From contig OZ193909.1 in the NCBI GenBank assembly GCA_964276515.1, positions 5,146,001 through 5,210,000 on the forward strand: 64,000 nt of DNA, read 5' to 3'. Positions 11,547-23,782 of this stretch are shown piece after piece. Source of the stretch: Gordius albopunctatus (Eukaryota). The notes under the pieces are model-generated. The model worked only from the letters and a program-made list of their open reading frames with translations. It ran no database searches and had not been told where the DNA came from. Made by a program: the position numbers and the translations under genes. How positions within the stretch are numbered: the first letter of the stretch is position 1; each line of letters starts with the position of its first letter.

Positions 11547-12233
11547 CAGGGGTTTGTCCCGACCCGAACCGGGTAAAACCCGATGTTTTACAGAACCCGA
11601 ACCCATTTTTAAAAATACCCTTAAAACTCGGACCCGATGAATACAAAAAATGGTTCGGGTTTTTAATTCAAATATATATTCTGAATTGAATATCTAAGTT
11701 TTCTCTATCACAATGTAACGAAACGAAGACCATACGATTTTAATTTCAATATTTTTATGTTTCCGGCATTTATCATTCATTAATCAATACTAATTATCTC
11801 AAGAATTATTTGTAAGTATTATATATATAATTGATATTTATTAGTTATAGTATGGTTTTTAATTATAATAACGGTTTTTTATACATAATTTATGTGTCAA
11901 CTGTATTTATATTTCATGATGTGAAGTATATGTTGAATAAAAATATTTTTGTGTAATTTATAATATGGGATGGCTTTTATTAATTATATTTTTATTGCTT
12001 TTAAATCCAAAAATAAATTAGAACATTAAAATTTCAATAAATACATATGCACAATGAGATGAAATAATTGGCATGTGAATTTAATTAGGTGCTATTTAAA
12101 AATTAAGTTAACTATTCAATAATTTTTGAAGGTTAAGATGTATTATTAGTATAATATAATTTCTTGAACCCGAACCCAATTCCTTAAACCCGAACACGAA
12201 CCCGATTTTATTTTGGGCGGGTTCAAACCCCTG
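11547..12233. mobile_element. hAT-type MITE
   Basis: TIR CAGGGGTTTG...CAAACCCCTG, subterminal CCCGA repeats, exact 8-bp TSD gacaaaac. Confidence 0.9.
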
Positions 12234-12789
12234 GACAAAACCCCTTAAAAATTTAATTATATCATAAATTAACCTGCTATTTATAAAGATTCACCAATTA
12301 TAAAAATGATTGAACGAACGAGGGAAAGGTTGGATGGTTTATAAACTTGAATAATTTTCCATATATTATAAGATTTGTATTTATTTTATGTAAGCGGTTA
12401 TGCATTCATAAATTCCGATATTATAAATGCGACCAATAATGCGAATAAATCTACATTTTTTTATATAGCGTAAGAGGCGCACGCGCAGATAGTGCGCATT
12501 GATCTTAGAGAGATCTGCTTTTTTTGAATCTGGTGCAAAATCTAATAATGTAATATTCGCATTTTAGAAATCATACGCATGTAATATGTACTAAAAAACT
12601 ACGTAGTAATAAAAGGATACTACAATTTTTAATTGAAACAAAATAAGTTATATATCAAAATGTATAATACTATTTTATATCAAATAAATCATCACTAAAT
12701 CTAATCCTAACCCTTGCCTATATTACATTTTGCACAGAAGTGCTTTTTTTAAAACACCAGACATATCAAAAAATCGTTAACGCAATTAA

Positions 12790-13110
12790 TCCGTAAGGTG
12801 AAAGGGATGGGGAAGCGCGTGCCTATATAAAATAATTTGGTAAAAATGCATTATGTTTAGGAATTCTACAGTAATGAATTGGGGATCGTTATCCGAAACG
12901 ATCTGGGTACGTTTGTTAAAACGGCAAAACCATTCATATAACTGTTTTATTACTTGTGGTGAAGTCGTATTGTCCATTTTCGCCACTTTAACCCATTCGG
13001 TTAGAGCATCAATTAGAATTAACTAATAAATTTCTTCAATCCAGCATTATCTATATGAACCTTCTCCCAAACCTGATCGGGTATATCCCAAGAATTGTGT
13101 GTAACCTTTT
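12790..13110 (-). mobile_element. Gypsy integrase core (rve) fragment
   Basis: WEKVHID...LIDALTEWVKVAKMDNTTSPQVIKQLYEWFCRF...IVSDNDPQF, the DDE core of Gypsy integrases. It is disrupted. Confidence 0.8.
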
Positions 13111-14114
13111 CTTGACACCAGTTACATCTCTTTACGTAAATATACTGGAAAAAATGTTCAGATTTATCAAAGTTTAAGGTTAATTACCTTTATATTCTTG
13201 GTCTTTACCGGAGCGTATTTGGGATCGGGTGCACATTAATATTGCAGGATCATTAGAAATTTTGAGAGGGGAGATTCCCGAAGGGATATTCCCCCATCTC
13301 GAGTTTATTTTATATATCTAACATTAAGGAATACATCATGCGATATGCCTAAGTATATATATGTATAGAGAGCGAAATTTTGGGGTATAACAAAGGCTGG
13401 CAGAGATTAGTTAGAAGGAGAGAGGAGTAAGATAAGTTGGGGAAAAAAGGTATCGAGATATACTATTTTTTCTTGGGCTGAATTTTTTAGGCTTCTCTTT
13501 CTAAACCTGTGTTTTAAAACGGACGTTTTTATACACTAAACAATTTTCTACGATTCATTGAATTCATACAAAAGCCAGCAATTTCTAAATTTCAAGCAGT
13601 TATTTGTATATTTTTATTGGCAAAAATATATGTAGTCTATGGTTGCAAGGATATTGCAGTGAAAAAATATTAAATTTTACGTGTTTAATGTGTAATTAAC
13701 CTAATTAACTCCTTGGTTCACAAGGTCCGATGACACAACGTTAAAAACTTAACTTGAATATATATGGATTATGCAGAGTTAGACTTAATTTATTAAACTA
13801 TATATGATTTCAAATGTTCGCTTTTGCAAATTATAAATAATAAAAAATAACCCATTTTGCTATAGTAAATTTAACGAAGTTTGATCCAAATTTATAAATA
13901 TTATCATCACATAATAATCAGAGAACCTTGAAAGAGTGGGGCAGATCGGCTAATACCTTTTTAACGTTTTCTTCAACCCCCGGGATCTACATTAAAATAT
14001 ACAAGGTATGGAAAAAAGAATAATCCCTTAGTAAAAATCTTCTAAAATAATCCCTTATTTTAACTTTCACATCATTTTGTTTTAAATTGCTTTATCAAAT
14101 TAATTATTTTAATG

Positions 14115-17100
14115 TTACTTTCCTAATTTGATTACAAAAAATCCCGAAAACATTTTTAAAAAACTGGTACATAATACCATTGGACAGGGATTTAAGGCAG
14201 AGATGCCTAAGGCCTGTTCCAATGCTGTTTGCGGAAACAAACTTTCCAGGTATCGAAATATGGTCGGAACTAATTGCTCGATAAATGCTTTCGACAATTC
14301 ACCCAATAAGTCACCTTTTTCTTTCACATTCAGCCGCGCGTTTTCCTTGCTGCGTGATAAGATTAGACATAAATATAAATTTAATATTCTCTAGATATGG
14401 GAATCAGATATATATAGGCCACAATCATGTTGAGTTTTAACGTAAACCACCGCATCCCAATAACATAAATATACTTCATTGTAAAAAATTAGTCCATTCT
14501 TGTGAGTGGATATTCTCAAGATTAGTGATGGTGAAATAGCGTTTGATAGGCGCTAAAGCTATAGCACATAGTCACGTGGAGGCGCTACGGTTAGAGCACA
14601 TACTCACGCAAGGAAGCTAGAGCTGTAGGACATAGTCACACTAGTGATGGTGAAATAGCGTTTGATAGGCGCTAAAGCTATAGCATATAGTCACACGAGG
14701 GCGCTAGAGCTGTAGGAGATAGTCACATAAGGAAGGTGCTAGAGCTATAGCGTGGCGCTATCATTGTTATGATTTGTTATTGTTATGCGGCGCGCCATTT
14801 TACAAGAGACTAAGAAGCCACACCCTTATAAAGGTGCATCGTAATACGCGCTTGCCTAGTGTAAGGTCCCCCTTTTATCTTACTAATTCCCTCCCTTAGT
14901 TACATCAAAGACTTTAAGACACTTATAAAAACCTAGAAACATAAGAAGGATTTTTTGAAGGAGGGGGTTATAAAATTTTCATGGTTAAATTTTTTTATAA
15001 CTATTTTTTTGGGTAAAAATATTTTTTTTTTGAAATAAAATGTTTGTTGTACTTTCACTTGTTACAGATAAAAATAATTTGTGTAATAATTACAAGGGCT
15101 TAACAACATTATATTTTTGGAGGGGCATAACAAAAACACCAAGCTTAGATACAATTTATTTGATATTGTAACCCTCCCTTCACCTTATAGCCCGCCCCCC
15201 TCCCCAAAAAAACAATTATACAACCCTGCGTACGCCCCTGGCTTAATGTCCTGTCGGGTGATCGTTTCGTATTAGCTTAGCAAAGTCTTTAATTTAATAT
15301 TAGTACACCTTATAGATAGGATAGATTAGAGATTAACAAGTTTGACTTCACTGCAGGCACAACAGCACACATCGTTGATGTCAATAACAACTAGCTAATA
15401 ACACTCCCTAAGCATATATCAAAGGGTCCATCGGGTCTCTATGGAAAAATAATAGACTAGCTAATGGTCGGTATTCAACACACCCACACTGAATGTGTTC
15501 ACCAGAGAAGGGGACTAGCAGTGTGGGTGTGCCTCTCTTTCTTAAGACTATAATACCCCCTCAGCACACCCTAGCGCGCCCATCACAACACTAGTTATTG
15601 TTAGGTCGTTGCAGAATTTATTTATATGCATGCGTCTTTCATACTTAATAATTTAGGTCACTTATTGATAGGCCTGAGCTTATTAATTAAATTAGCCTAT
15701 AAACTTAGTTCAAACCACATGTGCGCGTATGCTACTTAACAATAACAAATCATAACAATGATAGCGCCACGCTATAGCACCTTATGTGACTATGTCCTAC
15801 AGCTCTAGCGCTCTCGTGTGACTATGTGCTATAGCGCCTCCAAGTGATTATGCTATGTAGATGGGAGGCGCTACACGTGCTGGTGCTAAGCGTTTCACCA
15901 TCACTACTCAAGATAGCATTGGTACGAGAGGAATCAACGTCGATTTGTTTTTATTACTTCGTTCTTTCAGCCAAAATTACATCCCCGCATCGTATATTTA
16001 GCTTAAGGGTTAAATTGGTGAGGGTGTAATTGCCATTTGGATGGTAAAACGGTTTTAAATAGCTATAACTTAGTTATTTATTAGGCATCATATTAATTTG
16101 TTTATTAGGGGTTTAGTGGTTTAACTTCAATTCAATAGTTAAAACATTGTCCCCTAAGCTCAAACTTGGGACCAGCCTGACCAGCGGAGCTTAAAGCTCA
16201 AGAGTGGGGTCCAGGTTAGTGTTGTAAAAACGGTTGGGGGTTTATATCTAGTCGACTAAAAATCCCATCAGTTTTTACAATACCAGTCGTGGTTATGTAG
16301 GAGGCGTTTGAAAGGGGTGTAAGCAATGGGACAGTTTACAAACCTGACATATTGGTTAAGGGTATGGGCGCATGCCTTAATAACTCGCCGGGTAGCGTCC
16401 AAGCAAAGGGGGTACAAAGCAACGGGCCGACCACAATCGGCGTCCAAGCTATTGTATATTTTTGCGAAATCGTTGTGTGTCGATAGCAGGACGGGGAAGC
16501 GGGATAGGTGCTTACGAGCGGTACTCGCAAAGTCGTAATTTTCGGCCTCCTCGAGGGCTGAAGGAAGCTTAGAAGAGCTGGAGGCCCCGTATTTTTCCAA
16601 ATCGCACCCGAACCTAACGTTAGTCAACAGTTCGCGTTTCAGTTATTGGGGTTTTGGGGGAGTAGAATAAATGAACTAAACGATTATGCGTTTTATAATC
16701 GATAAAATGGCGGCGGCGTTGTAATTCCTACACTTGTGTCTACGCTTGAATTCGTCTTTGGCTGAAGACCACAAACTAATGTTTTGAGTCAATAATTGGG
16801 AATTATGTATGGTGTTGAATTGTTTCGATTAAGTCAATTATAAAAAATGCTAAATGTGGGCACTCCTTCCTCTATGCTTTATTAATTCATGTCCAAAATT
16901 TTCATATCGCATCGCGCTCATTATGAACGCAGTCTTAAATGGATATTTTTCACTACATTATTTAATCATTTGTTTATTCTAAAACATTCAATTTCCAACT
17001 TTTACATCAATGAAAATAGCGACCAAAGTCTGTAAAGCTTCACAATCACCTTAATTTATCATTTTTGAGCTATTCGTGGTAACAAGTAGATTAACTATAA

Positions 17101-20100
17101 ATAACGATCAAGACGGCTATCAAAATTTACCTTAATCCTTCTAAAATATTAAGGAATAGCAATCAAAATCTTTAGTCAGACCGTGCACCTTGAACCAATC
17201 TATCGAAAAAAATTACTCCGAGAAACGGAGTCTTGTCGTGCTAAAAAATTAACAGCTACAAGAATAAATAAACATAATAAGTCACTAGTTAATCTTGAGA
17301 TACTTTGTGGGAATATCGGAAAAGAGTTTATCCAACGATTTTTCCATGTAAAACACCAGCTTTTGGTCGAGTAAGGGCTTGATGTCGGCCCTCACCCGGC
17401 TTAGAGAAGAGCCTAGGTAGGAAAATTGATCACTCAAACTCTTTAAAACGCCGCCTAAATCCTCGATTCGTTCCATCAAACCCGATATCAGGTCAAAAAG
17501 CCCCGTTAACTAAGCAAATAAGGTTTAAAATAATATTTTTAACAACTTTAAAACTAAATTTATATAATCAATAAAATGAAAAATGTTGACATTATTAGGA
17601 ATATTAATAAATTTTGTTATTAGCACGCTAATATATTTTAAAATCTTTTCTAACATTTTGGGATTTAGAAATGTTATCAAGTTTTAGAATATTTATTAAA
17701 AATTTGTAACAGGGAAAGATTACTTGCCTCAAATATCAACCATGAATCTAATATGTGTTTATAGTAGTCACCTCCTAGTATACACGCATTAGGATCCTCT
17801 TTGATTTGTATATCAAAATTCTTTGAAAATAATGCAAATTAAAAAAAATCATTCTCATAAATTCCATTACATATAAATCATTTTTTTATTTAATTGTAAC
17901 TTATAAACAATTATTGATGAAATTTAACAATTTTTAAAAATATTCTTACTTTTGGTTTTTCATAGCTCGTGGAAAACATACCATTGTATTGGGTTACAGT
18001 ATCAAACATGTGCACCCTATAACATTCTATAACCTTTGATAGGGCAAAGTAAAAATTCTGTGAAGCTTGCTCATTGGCATTACTTTGGCTTATCCATTTG
18101 TTGAGAGCTAATCTTATTTCTTTCCTTAGCCATAAGCTTCGACACTAAAATGTATAATTATATAAAATTGATAAGGTTGAGGCAAGAAGTAGTAATTTAG
18201 CTTTTGGTTATATAAAGAGTAAAATCAGACTAAATAGGTACAACACTTTACAATGTTATCCACATTTGTGTGAAACACTAATCGCCATTATAAAATTATA
18301 ATTCAAATTCATGGAAATTTCTAAACATCGTTGCAGGAACAAAGGAATTTGATATTATTTCTTAATAAGACACACCTTTTAATTTGTTTATTTAAATAAA
18401 TAATATACTTATGAAAATAAATTTATGTTGTAATAAAATTGATATAAAGGGTAATCGTATTTAAATGCTGAAATTATCCAGCATTGTAGCTTTCTAAAAT
18501 ATGATTTGACATACGATCAAATTTTAGTTTATTTATGCCTCAAATTTAAAGGTAATAGATAATTCAAATTCAATTTAGGAAGTCTTTAACCCTCGAGAGC
18601 CTTCATGAAAATCCCGAACGCGAGAGCATTCGTGGGGTATATTTGACCCATTCTTTTAACTTCTTATAACTTTTAAAGTATTCTTTTTAAACCTTTCAAA
18701 TTTTAAATATGTGTTTACAAAGGTCTTAAGATTGACGCTAGAAATTTTTATATGAATCTAATCAACATTACAAAAGTTATTAACGATTTTCTGGACCCCC
18801 ATTTTTATTTTGGTTATTTTAGGTCAAAACTTAAACAATCAATTCTACTTTTAACAAAATCATATTTTGAAAGGAAGACATTGAAGTCCTTCTTTATTAG
18901 AAGACTTAACCCCTCTATAAATGAAGATATGGGAAGAGTATCTACCCTTGGTTACACAAAAATTTATCACTACCAGAAGAACATACTATTTAATTTATAT
19001 TCTATTTTATTTAAATTTATTCTATTTTACTTAAATTTATTTTACTCATCTGATGATGTTTTCTATGAAAACGAAATATCATATTAATTATAATATTTTT
19101 TTAACTCCCTCAACAATTCCCGATAACTTATCCATGAAGAAAATTGAATATGAGGGTAAAAATCTTCTAAAATGTTCAAAATGTATTAAAAACACAAATT
19201 AATAAAGATATCATCAAACGAAAAAATACATACATTTTGTGAGAGCATTCATGGGGTACACAGGACCCCTGTGGCCAAAAAGATGCTATATTTTAAAAGG
19301 TAATCGGCCAAAAGTTATAAAATTTTCCTCAAACTTAGTTCTTGGTAAAATATTAGGCTACTGAAAAGGCCAGATCAATTCGCTTTTAAACACTTTTTAT
19401 ATTTAAGTTTATAACTATTGCGGGCTCTGTGGTACCCCATGAATGCTCTTGCAGGTTAATGCAATGATAACAAAAATATAATAGTTTTGTTTGAAATACT
19501 TGTAAAAATATACAACGTAATTCATCCTCGGAAAAAACATTCATTCTTCTTATCATGCCAATAGTCATAATAGTTGTAGGTAGTTGAGAGTCATTTTTTA
19601 ATTTATTAATTAGGGCTTGTAGCATTAAGTTCATATTTTTTTGAACATCATTTTGTAAAATCTGAATTTAAAACATGCAATTTTAATTATATTACCTTGA
19701 TTATCTCAATATCTGGAAATAATGATTGAATTTTATTAACAAAATCACTTAGTGTTAGAGCTGATTCATAATGTGCATTTTTAATACAAATGTCAATCAA
19801 TTGTGGGATCTCTAAAATTTCAAGCAATTTTGGATATTTTAATAGTGCTAGTTTAGCTTGCTTCTGACTAAGAACCAATAATATTATGATGAATTAAATA
19901 ATATCATAAATTACCTGGTGTAAATTTCTTGACCATTTTTTAAAAATGTATCATACAATTTTTGAAAAGAAGGAAACAATTCTGACAAAGGTTGTGTCAG
20001 TTGTTTTATTTCATTTAACTATAGATAATTAAATAACTCTATAACTATTATTACATCGCTTTTTATAATTTCAGAGTTATCTGAGGCCTCTAAGAAGGTT

Positions 20101-20281
20101 TTATAGTTCGAAAATATTAAATTGTGTAATTTTTCTTGTACAATTTTCTGTTGAAAATCAATCTGTTTATATATATCACCTAAAAAAATTAAAATAATTT
20201 GTTTATTATACTTAAAGATGAATTTTTATCTTCTGAAATCAATTGTGTTATAGTTTCATTAATATCTTTGTTAAATTCCAT
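14115..20281 (-). CDS. COG8: Conserved oligomeric Golgi complex subunit 8 (Dor1 family), about 543 aa
   Basis: Ten exons join in phase (1632 nt): 20281-20212, 20179-20055, 20018-19915, 19867-19696, 19661-19500, 18144-17950, 17820-17728, 17509-17304, 16613-16344, 14349-14115. Motifs: FSNYKTF, LLEILEIPQLIDICIKN.HYESAL, IGMIRRMNVFSEDELRCIFLQ, IECYRVHMFDTVTQY, YLGSSLSRVRAD, EQLVPTIFRYLESLFP...ALGI. The stop position in the last exon is less certain. Confidence 0.92.
14523..15906. mobile_element. Non-autonomous hAT element in the last COG8 intron
   Basis: TIR TAGTGATGGTGAAA...TTTCACCATCACTA, exact 8-bp TSD ctcaagat, subterminal gcgctagagctatagc repeats in inverted orientation. The left end is duplicated at 14642. 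Confidence 0.92.
18830..19090 (+). mobile_element. Penelope-like element 3' fragment (GIY-YIG endonuclease C-terminus plus pseudo-LTR)
   Basis: ILLLTKSYFERKTLKSFFIRRLNPSINEDMG matches the IL....Y..R..LES..I....P.LN.D.G tail of Penelope GIY-YIG domains. It is followed by a CTGATGA...GAAA motif. Confidence 0.6.
19045..19090 (+). ncRNA. Candidate (probably degenerate) minimal hammerhead ribozyme
   Basis: CTGATGA at 19050-19056, stem II GTTTTC/GAAAAC around a TAT loop, then GAAA at 19073-19076 and a short ATAT-C-ATAT stem III. Stem I pairing is not evident. Confidence 0.5.
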
Positions 20282-21018
20282 TATATAACAAAGCACGACG
20301 AATCTGGTTCAATTATTTAGAGATTTATACAAATGAACTTTTGTCAATTGAAAAGATACCAGCACGACGACTTTTGATTTTTTAAATCACATGGACTTGT
20401 GGATGGTGCCCTCTCAACTCGCCGAAACCATCTCGTCGAAGTCATCCTTGGACTTTTCTATTATTAATTAATCTCTTCAAGTTGTTCAGAAACATTTCAT
20501 TCATTGATTAAAGGCGCGATTTTTAGAGTTATAATTTTATAATTTGATGTGATTATAAGTAAAATATAAAATAATTTTAAGCCAATAAGATTATAGTGTA
20601 AAAGAACGAATTATACCGAACAAACAAAAAATGGGGTAGAATATATCAGATGCGGAGAAAGAAGGGAGAGATAAATTTTAAATAAAAGCCTTCTACAGAC
20701 TAGAATTTTCTCTTCAAACACCACGCATTGTATCCTACTCCCATGTGACGCGACATATACATTATACCGCCAGAGTCTCAACGAAGGAGGTTAGAAATTT
20801 ATAATTGTGGATAGGAACAAAATATACTTGAGTGTGAACATGTTTAAGAAAAAAGCAGTGGCTTGGTACAATATTAAAAAAAGATTGTTACAAATTACTT
20901 GCTTAGTGTTTCGATCTTGTCTCGTCTCGGTCTCAAAAGCAAAATCTCGTCTCGGGTGCGATTACTAAAATCTCGTCTCGTCTCTGCCTAGAAAAATCTC
21001 GCTCTCGTCTCGACTTTA

Positions 21019-21966
21019 TGTGGCATTAGGCCAATGTTTAATAATTTTTATTACCATGACAATGATTTGCCTTTTTGATTTGTAAAATTAAAATTACCCT
21101 TGGATTAATTATTTGGATTTTATGATCTCGTTTGCTTGTTCAAGGCCACGCGTTTACTAATAAATTATAGAATCACGATGATTGTTAATTTTATTGTTTA
21201 TTTTGCTATTTGTTAGTTTATGGTTATCTTCGCTGTTTATTATTATTGCACGCGTCATTGATCTTAATAACGCGATTCGATTAATTAATATAATTTTTCT
21301 TCTCTCTTAGTTTTTTTATGATTAAAATAAAATAACCGGCCATGTAAGTCTTAGTAAATTTAAGTATATATTTATTCTGGCCCTATCCCCCCATCTCGTA
21401 ATCCACCTAAATCACCGCTCGGATTATTTTAAAATAAAAATAGAAGAATATTATCATCGTAGGAATACGAAAATGGTGCCAGGAGAATTAAATAAATCTA
21501 TTTAAAAACATATTTATAAAAATATTTATTTATTTTCTAGCTACATGTATTTATTTTCTAGAACTACCGCGAATATTAAGTAGCTTTATTTTTCGTACTA
21601 CTACATATTTCGCATAAATTTATTCAACTTCAAAATTTATTATCTCTCTATTATTTACACTAACAATTCGTTTTATAGTAGTAACAATAATGATAGATGA
21701 GGTAATCAGATTAGGCGTACACAAAGATGACGCATCAATAATAATAAACAGCGAAGATAACCATAAACTAACAAATAGCGAAATTAACAATGAAATTATA
21801 AATCATCGTGATTCTATAATTTATTAGTAAACGCGTGGCCTTGAACAAGCAAACGAGATCATAAAATCCAAATAATTAATCCAAGGGTAATTTTAATTTT
21901 ACAAATCAAAAAGGGCGAATCATTGCCACGGTAATAAAAATTACTAAACATTGGCCTAATGCCACA
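21019..21966. mobile_element. Non-autonomous long-TIR element with TGT...ACA ends (Ginger-like)
   Basis: Near-identical inverted arms of ~240 bp (21019-~21258 and ~21727-21966), termini TGTGGC...GCCACA, 5-bp direct repeat cttta on both flanks. Confidence 0.75.
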
Positions 21967-22551
21967 CTTTACAAATAATTATAACATATATATTTTTATT
22001 CTGGCTCTTATAATTTATTATATAAGAATTAATTTGACCCCAAAACACAAGCTAGATGAGTAACTTAAGGTAGAAAGCATTAATATAGGTGTTATATAAT
22101 ACTTGCCTCGAAAGTATAAAGTTGCTAATTATTAACTTTTATTTCCTGGCTAGGCCCAATAAAAGGATAAAATTTAATAATATCATCATATTTTAACATA
22201 ATTAATTTATTGAGATCTTATATAATAACAAGTAATTATATGAACATAAAGATACAATAAAATAGGCATTATTGTTGGAATAGCATTTTAAATTCTTGAG
22301 GTGTGCCACTCTCCTGGCAGATTCATGAGTTGATCTATTACGATGTTTTTGAATAGTCAGAGACGCCTTCGAAAACAATCTTTCGGCAGACACCGAGGTC
22401 GCCGGAGTGCTCAGAAATTTACTAGCCTTGCTAGTCAATTGAGATAATCATAGATAACCAGGGCCATCGGCCCTGGTGGGAAGGGGGAGGGGAAAGGAAA
22501 GGGGGAGGGAGGTGCAGGACGGAAGGGTGAACGAAACTCATCTATACTCCT

Positions 22552-23782
22552 TATAAACGTAGCATATTTGCTATGCAATTTATGGGCGAGAAAGGTGGGA
22601 AGGGGCGAAAATGCCTATGGGGGGGGGGGAGACAAAATGCAAAATGATTAGTTAATCATTTATAAAAATATATAAAAAGTTAAATTTTTGAAAAACCTGC
22701 TATAAAAAACCTATTAATACTTTATTTATTGAGGAATAGGTTTTCTTACATTCATTCTTATTTATCAAATCTAAATTAATAAAAATTACTGGAGGAACGC
22801 AAATAGAGGGTATGACCTTGGAAAAGCCAATAGTCATCCTTCCAAAACTTACAACTTTAAATTTAGAGTTTTTTTGATACTGCATAAATTTAAACAATTT
22901 GGTGTAGGCGACCCATAATTTGAATTATGACTATAGACTCTATTAAAATCATGCGCATATTTAGAGTATAAACAAGAAATAAAAAAAAAATTTCACTACG
23001 ACCTTTGCCAGTGGTCATTTTTCCTAATGGTCAGCAGACCGCCAAGAAACTTTATAATCTAGAAAAAAAAAATCGATTTAATCACACTTTGGCCAGTCGT
23101 CACTTTTTCCATCGGTCAGTAGCCAGTATACAGTCAAATAACTAGCCTATAATTATAATCTAGGAAAAAAATCGATTTTAATCTCACTTTGGCCAGTGGT
23201 CATTTTTTCCATTAGTCAGTAGCCATCAGACAGCCAAATAACTAGCCTATAATTATGATCTAGAAAAAAATCGATTTTAATCTCACTTTGGTCATCATTT
23301 TTTCCATTGTTCAGTAGCCAGCAGACTGCCAAATACTGGCCAATAATTATAATCTAGAGAAAAAAATTTGATTTTAATCTCACTTTGACCAGTGGCATTT
23401 TTTTATTGGTCAGTAGCCAGCAAACGGCCAAATAGCCTATATTTAAAATATAGGAAAAAAAATTGATATAATTTGGCTAATGGTCATTTTTTCCATTGGT
23501 CAGCGGACGGTCAAAAAGTCATATTATAAATGTTATTAACAAGAACAATATATTAATTTAAAAAGCTTTCGGCGGGATTCGAGGCCACATCAATAGAGGC
23601 ATAGGCCCTTGTAAGGGGGGGGGGCATAGGGTAATTATTAATGTTAACCTAATATAGCAACTCAAAAAACAAACAAAAATTTGCCCTCTCCGGGTATTTA
23701 ACCAGCAATTAAGATACATGTTGGACAATGGAAGGACGGACGGACAACAAAAAGCGAGCCCATAAATTGCATAGCAATTAAT
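22552..23782. mobile_element. DINE-1/HINE-like (Helentron-associated) non-autonomous element with an internal minisatellite
   Basis: Perfect 20-bp subterminal inverted repeat ttgctatgcaatttatgggc (22568-22587 / 23758-23777), a short (GGAC)n tract at 23734-23745, and central tandem repeats. Confidence 0.6.
23000..23515. repeat. Minisatellite, about 5 copies of a ~98-bp unit
   Basis: The unit ttggccagtggtcattttttccattggtcagtagccagcagacagccaaataactagcctataattataatctagaaaaaaatcgattttaatctcact is repeated head-to-tail with variation. Confidence 0.9.

Larger units (their letters stand above)
18590..19455. mobile_element. piggyBac-like non-autonomous element in COG8 intron 5
   Basis: Flanked by TTAA on both sides (18586-18589, 19456-19459). 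Imperfect TIR CCCTCGAGAGC / GCTCTTGCAGG. Internal gagagcattc..tggggta repeats in direct and inverted orientation. Confidence 0.65.

Noticed and set aside
13200..13640. Possible further retroelement remnant
   Set aside because: Too decayed to assign any motif with confidence.
23000..23515. Regularly spaced repeats resembling a CRISPR array
   Set aside because: The units are head-to-tail with no unique spacers, the context is eukaryotic and there are no cas genes.
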